Below, piece after piece: positions 1 to 10,800 of a DNA stretch of 64,000 nucleotides; positions within the stretch are counted from its first letter, which is position 1; every line of letters begins with the position of its first letter. The notes under the pieces were generated by a model. It was not told the DNA's origin. It ran no database searches and saw nothing but the letters and a program-made list of their open reading frames with translations. The translations under genes were made by a program, and so were the position numbers. The DNA is taken from IMG/VR virus record IMGVR_UViG_3300023184_000034, positions 32,001-96,000 of that record; one strand, written 5' to 3'. Source of the stretch: a virus.

Positions 1-2
1 TT

Positions 3-875
3 TTCTGCAATTAACGTTAATTCACGAATATCATAATCCGCAATGAACTTTTCTTTAATAAAACTTGCTTCTTCAAACGTGATATCTATGTCAAGTGTAA
101 CACGCAGATGCTGTTTGGGTTTGATAATTGTTTCAGCATCGTCGATCAGTTGACTTAGTTTGACAGTTCTGAATGTGGGTTGGTTGGGCCATGTGTGATA
201 TTCTGGAGTACCGTCCCACTCTAAAGTCATCATGCCACGATCATCATCCCATGCATCTGCATAGTTGTGTGGGAACGCATTGCCAATATAGATCATGTTG
301 CGTTGCTGTTGACGCTTGTGAAAGTGTCCACTAAAGCCAAGCTCATAGTTTTTAAAACTATCCAACTGAATCTCACCGTGATCCGGCATCTGAATCATGG
401 CATTCATAAAGAAGCTGGGCAACTCAAAGTGACCAAATATGTATTTGCCGCCTTTCTTGCCCACACTTCGCCATTCGTCTCCCACAAGCCACGGGCAAAG
501 TGTAACATCGCCGATGGTAGTGGGTTCATGAACCACAGTGATGCCTGGTATGTATTTGCCAAACTCTACACTATGAATATCTCGCTTGTCTTTGTAATAC
601 AAATCGTGGTTGCCAGGGAAGAAATAAAATTGATCAAACGCTGCACCTAGCTTTTCCAAGGCCCGCAAGCTGTAGTCCATGGTAGTGATGTTGAGACTAT
701 TGCGATTGTGATGCCAGTCTCCCATAAAAATTCCAATGTCACAGCCTTCCTCTTTGGCCTTGGCAATGTACCAATCCACAAATTCTTCACAGTCTTGATT
801 ATGAGTACTACTGTTGCTCTTGAGACCAAAATGGATATCGGTAAAACAAGCTACTTTTTTAAATAAATTACTCAC
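3..875 (-). CDS. gp47: Mre11/SbcD-like recombination endonuclease subunit (T4 gp47-like); runs off the left window edge
   Basis: Not in the ORF track; translated by hand from GTG at 875: MSNLFKKVACFTDIHFG...GDWHH...GNHD...GHFE...SGHFH. These are metallophosphoesterase motifs. Start overlaps the stop of the gp55-like gene. Confidence 0.9.
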   Translation of the reverse strand, partial: MSNLFKKVACFTDIHFGLKSNSSTHNQDCEEFVDWYIAKAKEEGCDIGIFMGDWHHNRNSLNITTMDYSLRALEKLGAAFDQFYFFPGNHDLYYKDKRDIHSVEFGKYIPGITVVHEPTTIGDVTLCPWLVGDEWRSVGKKGGKYIFGHFELPSFFMNAMIQMPDHGEIQLDSFKNYELGFSGHFHKRQQQRNMIYIGNAFPHNYADAWDDDRGMMTLEWDGTPEYHTWPNQPTFRTVKLSQLIDDAETIIKPKQHLRVTLDIDITFEEASFIKEKFIADYDIRELTLIAE

Positions 876-1707
876 TGGCAGTGTCCTCGTTGTGTCGTTT
901 CAAAGCAGCTGCATGTTCGCCTGCTCCAGTCCTACTGTAACTGGGATTCATCCCATTCATTTCCAACACATCATCACGAATGTTTTGATTGCGTTTTTCA
1001 GTATTAATAACACGTACAAAACTGTTTGTCACAGCTGCGGTGAAATACGCAAACGGATTATCACTTTTTGATTCGTCAAACTGTAGGCCAATTTGTGTCA
1101 ACTGTAAAATAGCCATGCCCTTCATTTCATCATTGTAAGTGTATCCACGAACATTACCGCGTGTGGCATATCGTTCACACAACTTGATCATCATGCGGGC
1201 AAGTGTGTTACTGATTTGTCCAACATCTTTGTTAAAGTGACCTGTTGCCAAGTCACCTTCCCAGTGACTTTTGCCCACACAAACCAGTGTGTCTGGAGAT
1301 TCCGCATCAAACTTCCAATGCTGAAAAGGTGGAAAGTTTACCTTGTCTCTGTGATCCGCAATACTTTTAGGATTTTTTTTGCGTGTGTCGTTGAGGGGAA
1401 TATGATCAAAACTCATGATTCTAAAAACCACATCAGTTTTGGCAATTTTTTTGTAATCAACTTCACAGTCTGCTATCTTGATCTTTTCACCACCTGACTT
1501 TCTGCGTTCAAACTCTTGCTGACCCATGCGTTTTGCTCTAGCCCGTTTGGCCTCTGCAACGGTGCGTATGTTTATTTTGCTTGTGTCTGAAAGAATAAGA
1601 TCATATTGATGATACTCGGGTTTGGTAAAGCTGCAATATGATGTTTTACTTCGGTGTATTTCCAACAACATGTCTTTGTTGTTCAAATAATTAACTTTCA
1701 CTGTCAT
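868..1707 (-). CDS. gp55: Late-transcription sigma factor (T4 gp55-like)
   Basis: NYLNNKD N-terminus, RGYTYNDEM and FDESKSDNPFAYFT motifs; lies upstream of gp47 as in T4-like phages. Confidence 0.85.
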   Translation of the reverse strand: MTVKVNYLNNKDMLLEIHRSKTSYCSFTKPEYHQYDLILSDTSKINIRTVAEAKRARAKRMGQQEFERRKSGGEKIKIADCEVDYKKIAKTDVVFRIMSFDHIPLNDTRKKNPKSIADHRDKVNFPPFQHWKFDAESPDTLVCVGKSHWEGDLATGHFNKDVGQISNTLARMMIKLCERYATRGNVRGYTYNDEMKGMAILQLTQIGLQFDESKSDNPFAYFTAAVTNSFVRVINTEKRNQNIRDDVLEMNGMNPSYSRTGAGEHAAALKRHNEDTASE

Positions 1708-1728
1708 TTTAAGAGTCCCTTATATAAC

Positions 1729-1757
1729 ATTATAAACTACGCACATAACAAAGTCAA
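1729..1757 (-). promoter_or_regulatory. Sigma70-type early promoter for the gp55/gp47 operon
   Basis: Minus strand TTGACT(1757-1752)-17 nt-TATAAT(1734-1729), just upstream of the gp55 start at 1707. Confidence 0.75.
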
Positions 1758-1764
1758 ATAAATA
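1732..1764 (+). promoter_or_regulatory. Late promoter with conserved upstream element
   Basis: ATAAACTACGCACATAA-N9-ATAAATA; identical 17-mer and spacing at 7766-7798; ATAAATA resembles the T4 late promoter TATAAATA. Confidence 0.7.
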
Positions 1765-1787
1765 ATATACCAAAAGGATAAAATACC

Positions 1788-2780
1788 ATGGGTTTATTAC
1801 AAACAGTAGTATCTGCGCAAAACTTAATTGGCGCGGCCAGCAATGCAGTTACTGGAGTTAGCAAATTGGCCAGTGCATTAAGCACTGGATATAACAGTAA
1901 TCCTGGTGGCGTATTGAGTGCAATTCGATCAGCAAATTTACCAGAAGCCGGCGAAGTCATTGGCGACCTTATCAGTGCGGCTGATGCCGTATTCGGCGGC
2001 GATGTTGATGCCAAAGATTGGCGTGTGCGATTGAGTCTTGCTAATTGGACCAGCTTTAAAGGTAGTCCGGTGTTGCAACCTTTGAAAGATGCAGGCGGTC
2101 TCATATTTCCTTATACTCCAACTATATCAATGTCCAGCGCCGCAACCTATAACAAAATTGAAACAACACACACCAACTACACCTTTCAAGCATTTAAAAA
2201 TACTGAGCCCGGCGCCATAACAATTACTGCTCCGATGAATGTGGAAGATGCAAATCAAGGCTTGTACTGGATTGCAGCGGTACACTATTTACGAAGTTTA
2301 ACTAAAATGTTTGCAGGAACTGATCCTAAGGCTGGTAATCCTCCTCCTATTGTTTTTCTAAACGGCTACGGTAATTATGTTTTTAAAAATGTACCTGTGG
2401 TGGTAACAGGATTTTCAACATCGTTGGATGCCAGTTGTGATTACATAGGTGTTAATGTGGTTGGCAGTATGGCTGGCGAAATTGAGGGTATTGCTGAATC
2501 AGTTGGTGGTATTGCTGGCGCCATCGGCGCAGTCATTCCCAACGCCAGTTCCATCACTGGTGCGGTAAGTAACATAGCAGGAGCATTTGGCTCTATTGCT
2601 GGAATAGCTGGAAGTTTGGGACTAACTGGTAAAACCGGCGGCGACGTAACACATGTGCCAACCAAAAGCTCATTTACTATTAATCTACAACCAATTTACA
2701 GTAGAGAAAGTGCCAAGAACTTTAGTCTTGATAGATTTGTGGGTGGCGGCTACTTGAACAAATCATTTGGATACATTTAA
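1788..2780 (+). CDS. Baseplate/tail-tube initiator-like protein (gp48/gp54-like)
   Basis: LIFPYTPTI and PPPIVFLNGYG..VFKNVPVVV motifs typical of tube-fold baseplate proteins; first gene of the baseplate module. Confidence 0.55.
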   Translation: MGLLQTVVSAQNLIGAASNAVTGVSKLASALSTGYNSNPGGVLSAIRSANLPEAGEVIGDLISAADAVFGGDVDAKDWRVRLSLANWTSFKGSPVLQPLKDAGGLIFPYTPTISMSSAATYNKIETTHTNYTFQAFKNTEPGAITITAPMNVEDANQGLYWIAAVHYLRSLTKMFAGTDPKAGNPPPIVFLNGYGNYVFKNVPVVVTGFSTSLDASCDYIGVNVVGSMAGEIEGIAESVGGIAGAIGAVIPNASSITGAVSNIAGAFGSIAGIAGSLGLTGKTGGDVTHVPTKSSFTINLQPIYSRESAKNFSLDRFVGGGYLNKSFGYI

Positions 2781-2782
2781 TT

Positions 2783-3085
2783 ATGGCAACTACCTACACC
2801 AACACCAGTCCGTGGCATGCCACCACAGTTAAAAATAACTATCTCGATGTGTTGACTATTAGACCAGTCAGTGCAGCAGTGGATGATTTTTATTACACCA
2901 TAGAACCACAGTATGCATACCGCCCAGACTTGTTGGCATATGACTTGTATGGTACCGCAGAGTTGTGGTGGGTGTTTATTCAACGCAATCTTGACGTGAT
3001 ACAAGATCCAATTCTTGATTTTGTTCCTGGAACAAAAATTTATATTTGTAAAAACAGCGGCCTCAAAACTGCATTGGGATTATAA
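2783..3085 (+). CDS. Baseplate wedge protein, LysM-like (gp53-like)
   Basis: YAYRPDLLAYDLYG..LWWVF..RN motif, 100 aa. Confidence 0.7.
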   Translation: MATTYTNTSPWHATTVKNNYLDVLTIRPVSAAVDDFYYTIEPQYAYRPDLLAYDLYGTAELWWVFIQRNLDVIQDPILDFVPGTKIYICKNSGLKTALGL

Positions 3086-3086
3086 C

Positions 3087-5531
3087 ATGTCATTTCCCAG
3101 CCTTGATAATTTATCAAGAACAATTGATTCAGCAACCACTGGCTTATCAAAAAGTGTGTCGGGTGTCAGCTCAATGGTCACTGGAGCAGCAAGTTCATTA
3201 TCAGCTGGCATCGGCGGAATCACCGGCATCGGCGGAGCAATATCTGGCATCAATGGTGTGTTATCAGGCATCGGCGGAGCAATAACTGGCATCGGCGGAG
3301 CTGTTAACGGATTGCTCAGTGCATTTGGTACTGCATTTACCCCGCTACCAGAACAGGCATTGCCTTTAAAAAATCCATTATTTGAATACGCCAGCTACGA
3401 TTACGTCTTGGGACTTGCTTGCTTAACTAATGATCAATTAAATTCCCCGGACACTGGCTACATGTCAGGCGCAATACCTTATCAAATTATTGCCAAGGAC
3501 GCAAATTCAGATCCAAAGAACCGAGTGAAAATAGCATATGGATCTTTTGATTATTTTTTAGACAAATTAGAAATTGACAGCACAATCGGCTTGCAAAAAG
3601 GAGCCAACACAAACATGCACAAGCTGACTTTTAATGTGACTGAGCCATACAGCATGGGAACTTTCATGATGAGTTTGCAACAAGCGGCTTGGAATGCTGG
3701 CCACGACAATTATTTACAAGCCCCGTACTTACTCACTATAGAGTTTCGAGGCGCAAAAGAAAACGGTGTGATGGCAAATATACCAAACACAGCTAGACGA
3801 ATACCTTTTAAATTCAAAGACGTGTCCATGACTGTGACAGAAGCTGGCGCTGTTTATCAATGTGAAGGATTCCCGTGGAGCAGTGCAGCTCTCAGCGCAC
3901 ATGTATCGGGCATTAAAAACGATGCCAGTGTAAAAGGCACCACTGTGCAAGAAGTATTACAAACTGGAGAGAAAAGTTTGCAAGTGGTCATGAACAAACG
4001 ATTGCAACAACTCAAGACCAACGGCGAAGTTAGTACTCCTGATCAAATTGTAATTTTATTTCCCACTGATGTGAGCTCCAAAGGAGCCGGCGGCAAAAGT
4101 GGAGATACTGAGGAGAAATCCAGTGCCACAACACAAACTGATGTGACGTCTGTTACTGATGTTGCAAAAAAATTAGGTCTAAGTAAAAGTACTATTCCTG
4201 CAAACACCACCTTGGTACAGGATTCTGCCAATGTGAATGCCATAGGCAAAGCCAAGATGGGATTTAGCGAGACCAGAAAAGGTGATGCTCCAGTTGGCAA
4301 AGACCAAAAAGTTGTTGTGAAGGGCAATGTGATACGCGGCAACAACACAATTGATCCGCAAACAAGTGATTTGAGATTTGCACAAGATACTGATATCACA
4401 GCAGCAATTGATACTGTGTTGTTAAACAGTGATTATGCAACTGCACAGTTGGAAGAACAAAATGTAGATGACAAAGGTCAACGCAAGTGGTGGCGCATTG
4501 ATACACAGGTGTACAACATAACCGATAATTCAAATCAGAAAAAGAGCGGAGATATACCTCGTGTGATTGTTTACCGTATAGTACCTTACGGAGTGCTAAC
4601 AGATAAAACTACAGCAGTCAACACTAAGACATCTGGTTTAAAAAATCTTGAAAAAGAAGTCATTAAAGAATACAATTATATCTACACTGGGAAAAATGTA
4701 GATGTGATAACGTTTAATATTGAAGTAAAAACTGGTTTTGCTGGCAGGATGGGAGCCACTAGCCTCAAGCAAACCATAGACAGTCAACGTCAAGCAGCAG
4801 CCAGCGGGGCAGAAAGCACAGACAAAAACAATGTAGATGTACTGGATGACGGCAAGAACCCAGAGAAAAAATTAGGTGTTCAACCTCAAAAAGTGAATTT
4901 CTCAGCCACATCATTTGGTAAAAATCAAGGCGGTGGCGGCATTGGCACAGAATCAACTGTTGCAGCACAACAGTTCCATGATGCAATTACCAGCTCTGCC
5001 AGCATGATGGCATTGGATATGAAAATTATTGGCGACCCATATTGGATTGCACAAAGCGGCATGGGAAATTACACAGCAATGCCATCACAATATCAAAATT
5101 TAAATACTGATGGCACTGTCAATTATCAAAACGGTCAAGTTCATATCACTGTGAATTTTAGAAGCCCAGTTGATATTAATCAAAGTACTGGATTATATGA
5201 CTTTGGAAAATACGCTGGAAATTCAGTACCATTGTTACAATGGAGTGGGTTGTATCAAGTTACTAAATGCATCAGTAATTTTGACGGCGGCAACTTTACA
5301 CAAAAATTAACAGGCCCTCGAGTGGACGGCCAAGAGCAATCTGGAGAAGGCAGTGCTAAGAACGCATCAAACGTGTCCAAAGGTGAAAACACTGTGCCAC
5401 AAGCCACGCCATCATATAGCCCTACGCAAACATTTGACGATGGCTCGTCAATACAAACAATGGATGACGGATCTACTCTGATAACTGATTCTGATGGTAA
5501 TGTCACATCCACACCAGCTCCTGAATCTTAA
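3087..5531 (+). CDS. Baseplate hub-like structural protein (probable gp27-like fold) with Gly-rich N-terminus
   Basis: Likely start ATG 3087 (MSFPS) right after the upstream stop; IIGDPYWI and SGLYQV..F..G.FTQ.L C-terminal motifs; lies between gp53-like and gp5-like genes. Confidence 0.5.
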   Translation: MSFPSLDNLSRTIDSATTGLSKSVSGVSSMVTGAASSLSAGIGGITGIGGAISGINGVLSGIGGAITGIGGAVNGLLSAFGTAFTPLPEQALPLKNPLFEYASYDYVLGLACLTNDQLNSPDTGYMSGAIPYQIIAKDANSDPKNRVKIAYGSFDYFLDKLEIDSTIGLQKGANTNMHKLTFNVTEPYSMGTFMMSLQQAAWNAGHDNYLQAPYLLTIEFRGAKENGVMANIPNTARRIPFKFKDVSMTVTEAGAVYQCEGFPWSSAALSAHVSGIKNDASVKGTTVQEVLQTGEKSLQVVMNKRLQQLKTNGEVSTPDQIVILFPTDVSSKGAGGKSGDTEEKSSATTQTDVTSVTDVAKKLGLSKSTIPANTTLVQDSANVNAIGKAKMGFSETRKGDAPVGKDQKVVVKGNVIRGNNTIDPQTSDLRFAQDTDITAAIDTVLLNSDYATAQLEEQNVDDKGQRKWWRIDTQVYNITDNSNQKKSGDIPRVIVYRIVPYGVLTDKTTAVNTKTSGLKNLEKEVIKEYNYIYTGKNVDVITFNIEVKTGFAGRMGATSLKQTIDSQRQAAASGAESTDKNNVDVLDDGKNPEKKLGVQPQKVNFSATSFGKNQGGGGIGTESTVAAQQFHDAITSSASMMALDMKIIGDPYWIAQSGMGNYTAMPSQYQNLNTDGTVNYQNGQVHITVNFRSPVDINQSTGLYDFGKYAGNSVPLLQWSGLYQVTKCISNFDGGNFTQKLTGPRVDGQEQSGEGSAKNASNVSKGENTVPQATPSYSPTQTFDDGSSIQTMDDGSTLITDSDGNVTSTPAPES
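3205..3302 (+). repeat. Imperfect in-frame repeat GGCATCGGCGGA (x4) encoding GIGG units
   Basis: AGIGGITGIGGAISGINGVLSGIGGAITGIGGA. Confidence 0.8.
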
Positions 5532-5580
5532 AATAGAAGAGATACACGCAAGTAACATGGGCAATTGCAAAGGATAACAA

Positions 5581-7332
5581 ATGTCAAACACTGATAATGA
5601 ATTTGAAGAATATAGTACGCAACCCACCGACCCCAAGCCAGGCCCTTTCCTGGCCAGAGTTGTCAGCAACTTTGACCCAACTTACATGGGAATACTAGAA
5701 GTTGAAATCTTAAGATCAGTTGGCGGCACCAACAGCGAAACTCAACTTCATCAAGTAAAATACATGACTCCGTTTTACGGTGTTACCAGTGAAAAGTACG
5801 CTGGTAAAAATGATGATTATGCAGACACACAAAAATCGTATGGCATGTGGATGGTACCACCTGACCTCGGTGTAACTGTGGTTGTGATTTTTATTGACGG
5901 GGATCCAAAGCGAGGTTATTGGATGGGTTGTGTACCAGATGAAAATATGAATTTCATGATACCTGGAAATGCTGCAACTGAAAATGTAGTGGAAGATGTT
6001 GAATCAGATAATAATGGTGTGCTTGGCCGAGTTCCCACAGCCGAATACAATAAAAAATTAGAAGGTAATAACGAACCTGGCGATCCGGAAAAGAATTTAA
6101 AACCACAACACCCGTTTACAAAAGTTTTAGAACATCAGGGATTGTTGTTTGATGATGTTCGTGGAATCACAACCAGCAGTTCTAGAAGGGAAAGTCCCAG
6201 CAATGTGTTTGGTATCAGTACACCTGGTCCTTTGGATAAAAAATCCGGCGCAAAGAAATTTAAAACTGGCAAAGCTGAATGGTTGGCTGACACATATGTT
6301 AATAGATTGGGCGGCAGCTCCTTTGTCATGGACGACGGCGATGCCAACTGGCTGCGTAAAAAAACAGCATCAATGGGCCCACCTGATTATGCCAGCATTG
6401 ACGCTGAAGAAACAGACGGCGATGTTGAACTACCAGCTAATGAATTAATTAGATTGCGCACACGCACAGGCCATCAGATACTGATGCATAACACAGAAGA
6501 TCTAATTTATATAGGAAATTCTCGTGGCACAACGTGGATTGAACTAACCAGTGATGGTAAGATAGATATTTTTGCACAAGACAGTATCAGTGTTCGTACA
6601 CAAACTGATTTAAATTTTTATGCTGACCGAGATATCAACATGGAATGTGGCAGAAATTTTAACACAAAAGTCCGCGGTGAAAAACATACTCATGTGATTG
6701 AAGATCATATTTTAGTTGTTGACGGCAATCAAAAAATACAGATTAAAAAAGATGTAAACAAAACTTACGAAAAAAATTACAAACATCGTGTAAAACTACA
6801 AGTAGATAAATGGTATGACACATCGCATTTACACAAAATAGGCGGCGATTTTGACCTCAATATTGGTGGTCATAATTTTCAAACATCAAGGGGGTCAAAC
6901 GAAACTAAAGCTGGCGGTAACATAGTAGAAACTGCGCCGGCAATCCATATGAACGGCCCCGAAGCAACCGAAGCATCCCCAGCAAGCAAAGCAGCATTGC
7001 CCTCTCGTTTAAAATTACATAAGTTATCAGACGAATCGGGAGAGTTTGTAGAGGATGTTATACCTCCAAGTATCATGCGCCGTGTACCAACTGCTGAGCC
7101 TTATCCATATCATGAAAACTTAGACCCGTTAAAAGTGAAGTCAGAAGAAACTGACAGAGACCTAGACAATAGGTATGAAGATGATGACACGGAGGATGCA
7201 GGCCCAGGAGGTGATGGAAATGTTGGCTACGAACTTGACCCAGACGATCTTTCAGAAACAATGCTTGACCCTGCAGATGCGTGGAAAGTTTACAGTCTTA
7301 CACAAGACACCTTCTTAAAAGGAAGCAATTAA
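5581..7332 (+). CDS. Baseplate central spike / gp5-Vgr-like protein
   Basis: N-terminal OB-fold motifs (GPFLARVV..DP..MG.LEV; SYGMWMVPPDLG..V.V.F), RLRTRTGHQILM, beta-helix-like repeats; precedes the gp25-like gene. Confidence 0.7.
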   Translation: MSNTDNEFEEYSTQPTDPKPGPFLARVVSNFDPTYMGILEVEILRSVGGTNSETQLHQVKYMTPFYGVTSEKYAGKNDDYADTQKSYGMWMVPPDLGVTVVVIFIDGDPKRGYWMGCVPDENMNFMIPGNAATENVVEDVESDNNGVLGRVPTAEYNKKLEGNNEPGDPEKNLKPQHPFTKVLEHQGLLFDDVRGITTSSSRRESPSNVFGISTPGPLDKKSGAKKFKTGKAEWLADTYVNRLGGSSFVMDDGDANWLRKKTASMGPPDYASIDAEETDGDVELPANELIRLRTRTGHQILMHNTEDLIYIGNSRGTTWIELTSDGKIDIFAQDSISVRTQTDLNFYADRDINMECGRNFNTKVRGEKHTHVIEDHILVVDGNQKIQIKKDVNKTYEKNYKHRVKLQVDKWYDTSHLHKIGGDFDLNIGGHNFQTSRGSNETKAGGNIVETAPAIHMNGPEATEASPASKAALPSRLKLHKLSDESGEFVEDVIPPSIMRRVPTAEPYPYHENLDPLKVKSEETDRDLDNRYEDDDTEDAGPGGDGNVGYELDPDDLSETMLDPADAWKVYSLTQDTFLKGSN

Positions 7333-7334
7333 TC

Positions 7335-7766
7335 ATGGCTAATTTATACACAAAAACAGTTGTTGCACAAAACAACAACATACCAGATTTTAAAGTACAA
7401 CGCTATCGCGGATTTAGTACAGTTAGTAGAAAAAGTAAGAATTTTGCATTGTATGATTTTGAATTAATCAAACAAGATATATTAAATCATTTTTACACAA
7501 GGCAAGGAGAGCGACTGATGCAACCTGCGTTTGGCACCATTATCTGGGATTTAATATTTGAACCGTTAACAGACGAAATACAGAATCTGATATTACAAAA
7601 TGTCAATCAGATTTTTAATAGCGATCCACGTGTACAAGCTGGCAATATTTTAATAACACCGTATGAAACTGGTTTGGAAATCAAATGCACTTTGCAATAT
7701 GTGTTGTATAACATACAGGAAAGCATGCAATTAAAATTTGACCAAGCCAACGGCCTAACGACTTAA
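7335..7766 (+). CDS. gp25: Baseplate wedge subunit (gp25-like)
   Basis: DILNHFYTRQGERLMQPAFGTIIWDLIFEP...DPRV motif; likely start ATG 7335. Confidence 0.85.
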   Translation: MANLYTKTVVAQNNNIPDFKVQRYRGFSTVSRKSKNFALYDFELIKQDILNHFYTRQGERLMQPAFGTIIWDLIFEPLTDEIQNLILQNVNQIFNSDPRVQAGNILITPYETGLEIKCTLQYVLYNIQESMQLKFDQANGLTT

Positions 7767-7798
7767 TAAACTACGCACATAATTTTATTCGATAAATA
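7766..7798 (+). promoter_or_regulatory. Late promoter with conserved upstream element
   Basis: ATAAACTACGCACATAA-N9-ATAAATA in the intergenic gap before the gp6-like gene. Confidence 0.7.
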
Positions 7799-7816
7799 CT
7801 GATATTAGGACTTACT

Positions 7817-10800
7817 ATGAGCTCAACGGATCGTCAAAATAACTTATTGATTGCTGAAAACTGGCAAAAAATATACCAATCGTTTAAGAACGCCAACTTC
7901 CAGAGCTACGATTTTAACAATCTTCGACGCACGATGATTGACTATATTCGCACTAATTTTCCTGAAGATTTTAACGATTACATTGAGTCTAGCGAATACC
8001 TTGCCCTTATTGACCTTATTGCGTATGTGGGCCAAAGCATAGCTTTCCGAGTTGACTTGAATGCCCGTGAAAACTTTTTAGAGCTTGCAGAACGCCGAGA
8101 CAGCGTGTTACGTTTGGCACGTATGATCAACTACAATGCTAGCAGAACAGTTGCTGCTAGAGGGTTGTTAAAATTCAACTCAGTACAAACAACAGAGAAT
8201 GTGATTGATTCCAATGGTAGAAATTTGTCAGGACAATTTGTCAGCTGGAATGATCCAAGCAACAACAACTGGTATGACCAATTTATTAAAGTAATCAACG
8301 CTGCATTACCATCAACCCAGCAGTTTGGAAATCCCATTGACTCGGCCACTATTGGCAATATTCCAACAGCTCAATACAGATTTAATGCAGTCAACCGAGA
8401 TGTTCCTGCTTACTATTTCAGCAAAACAATTGCCGGCCGCAACATGAATTTTGAAATTACCAGTACAACATTCAAGGGAAAAAGTTACATATACGAAGAG
8501 CCTCCAAGAGTTGGAAATAAGCCAGCATGTGTTTACCAGGATGACGGCTTTGGCGCTGGCAGTCCCAGTACTGGATTCTTTTTTAATTTTACACAGGGTA
8601 CTTTGAACCAAGGATCTTTCACAGTAACACAGCCAACCAGCAATCAAAGTATAGATATCAACTCACAAAACATTAATGATTCTGATGTTTGGTTATACAG
8701 TTTAGATCAAAGCACCGGCTTAGAAAAATTGTTATGGACACAGGTACCAGCAACCACTGGCAATAATATAATTTATAACAGTTTAAATTCTAATATTAAA
8801 GATATTTACAATGTCATCACCAGAGCAGGCGATGCAATCAGTTTAGCATTCAGCGACGGCACATTTGGTAATTTACCATTGGGTGGATTTAGAGTTTATT
8901 ACAGAGTAAGCAACGGTTTATCTTATACTATCTCTCCATCTGATGTTGTCAATGTGGTTGTTAATATTCCTTATAGAAGTTCTAATAATCAATTAGAAAC
9001 ATTGAGTATCAGTTTAAATCTTGCCACCAGTGTGGCCAATGCAACCACAGCTGAGACAAATGCCAGTGTTAAGATCAATGCTCCTCAAAATTATTATACA
9101 CAAAATCGTATGATAACAGGCGAGGATTATAATATCAGTCCACTGTCCACCAACTTGCAAGTTGCAAAAGTAAAATCATTAAATAGAACCAGTAGCGGCA
9201 TTAGCCGTTATTTTGATTTGCTAGATCCTACTGGAAAATACAGTACCACTAATGTATTTGCAGATGACGGTATACTTTATAAAGACGAATACACTGCTGC
9301 TGTAAATTTTTCTTATATAGTTGAGACTGATATCGAAGGAGTGATATACAATACCCTGTATGATATTTTAGATTCTAATAGTTTAAAGAACTTTTATTAT
9401 GCAAATTTTTTAGATTACTTGAATATTAGTCTTAGTATTTCTTGGTATACTGTAACACTGGATAGTAACTCAGTTAGTGGTTACATTGGTAGTATTTTAG
9501 ATAGTACTCCTTACAAAGTTGGATCATTTACTGCTACTAATTTAAAGTACTTGACTGCGGGATCTTTGGTAAAATTTGTGGCACCCACAGGCAAATACTT
9601 TGACACAAATAATAACAATGCACTTGTGACTGGAACAGCCACATTGCCAGGTTCTGCCAGTTATATTTGGGCGCAAGTTATAAGTGTTGTGGACGACGGC
9701 ACTGGAAATAACACTGGCAAAGTCACAATAAATAATTCCACGTCTGGTCCCATTGTAATGAACAAAGTAATTCCCACAGATGCATTGGCTGTACAAATTA
9801 TTCCTAAATTTGCAATAACATTGACACCGTCAATTATTACCACAATGATTGATTTAATTTCTGCCAATGAAAATTTTGGCCTTCGTTACGATGCAACAAT
9901 TCAAACTTGGCAAATTGTATTTTCTAACAATTTAAATTTAACAAACACATTTAATTTGGCAAATCAAGGAAATCAATCTAATTTACAACTAGATTCCAGC
10001 TGGTTAATTTTGTTCACCACAAATACTGAAATTTATACTATCACTTCTAGAAATCTTCGTTACATATTTGAAAGCGATCAACAATCTGCTTTCTATTTTG
10101 ATACCACAGCAAAAATTTATGATTCAGTCACATCAAAGACCATAACGGACAAAATCAATGTACTCAGTATAAATCCAAAACCCGACGACTCTGTTTCATT
10201 CACACAGGACTTGGGTTGGAAAATAGTATCTGAGTACATTGGCCAAGACGGCTACGTGGATTCTAAAAAAGTAGTTGTGGCATTTCTGGATGCGGAGGGA
10301 ACTGATACACCAAATAATCCTCAGATGTTTTTAGACATTGTAAATCCATCAGTTGAACCTCTTAAAAAGTATATTGTGCAACATCGATATCTGATTTCAG
10401 AAGGACAGGAAGATTACAAATATATTAAAAATGATGCAGATAAAGGTCCGGTAAGGATTAAGCCAACACAAAGCAGTATTGGTAACTTGAGAGACTATCC
10501 TGATGGCACTTATTTTTATGTTGTGAACACTGACACTGTATTTCAGTTGAATCTTTCAGGCGCCACACAATTGACTCCAACATTGGATTATAAAGTGTAT
10601 ATTGGAAGAACTGATTTGAAATTTCAATATATACACAGTGCAGACTACAACTCAAGGATAGATCCTGGCACAAGTAATATAATTGACATTTACGTGTTAA
10701 CATCTAACTATGACACTGCATTCAGACAATGGGTATCTGCTGGTGGCACACAACCGTTGCCACCCAGTAGCGATGAATTAAATACATTACTGTCTCCGAA

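Noticed and set aside
267-1497. Plus-strand ORFs 267-650, 814-1071 and 1216-1497, and minus-strand ORF 647-829
   Set aside because: Shadow or alternate frames of the gp47-like and gp55-like genes, which carry clear motifs
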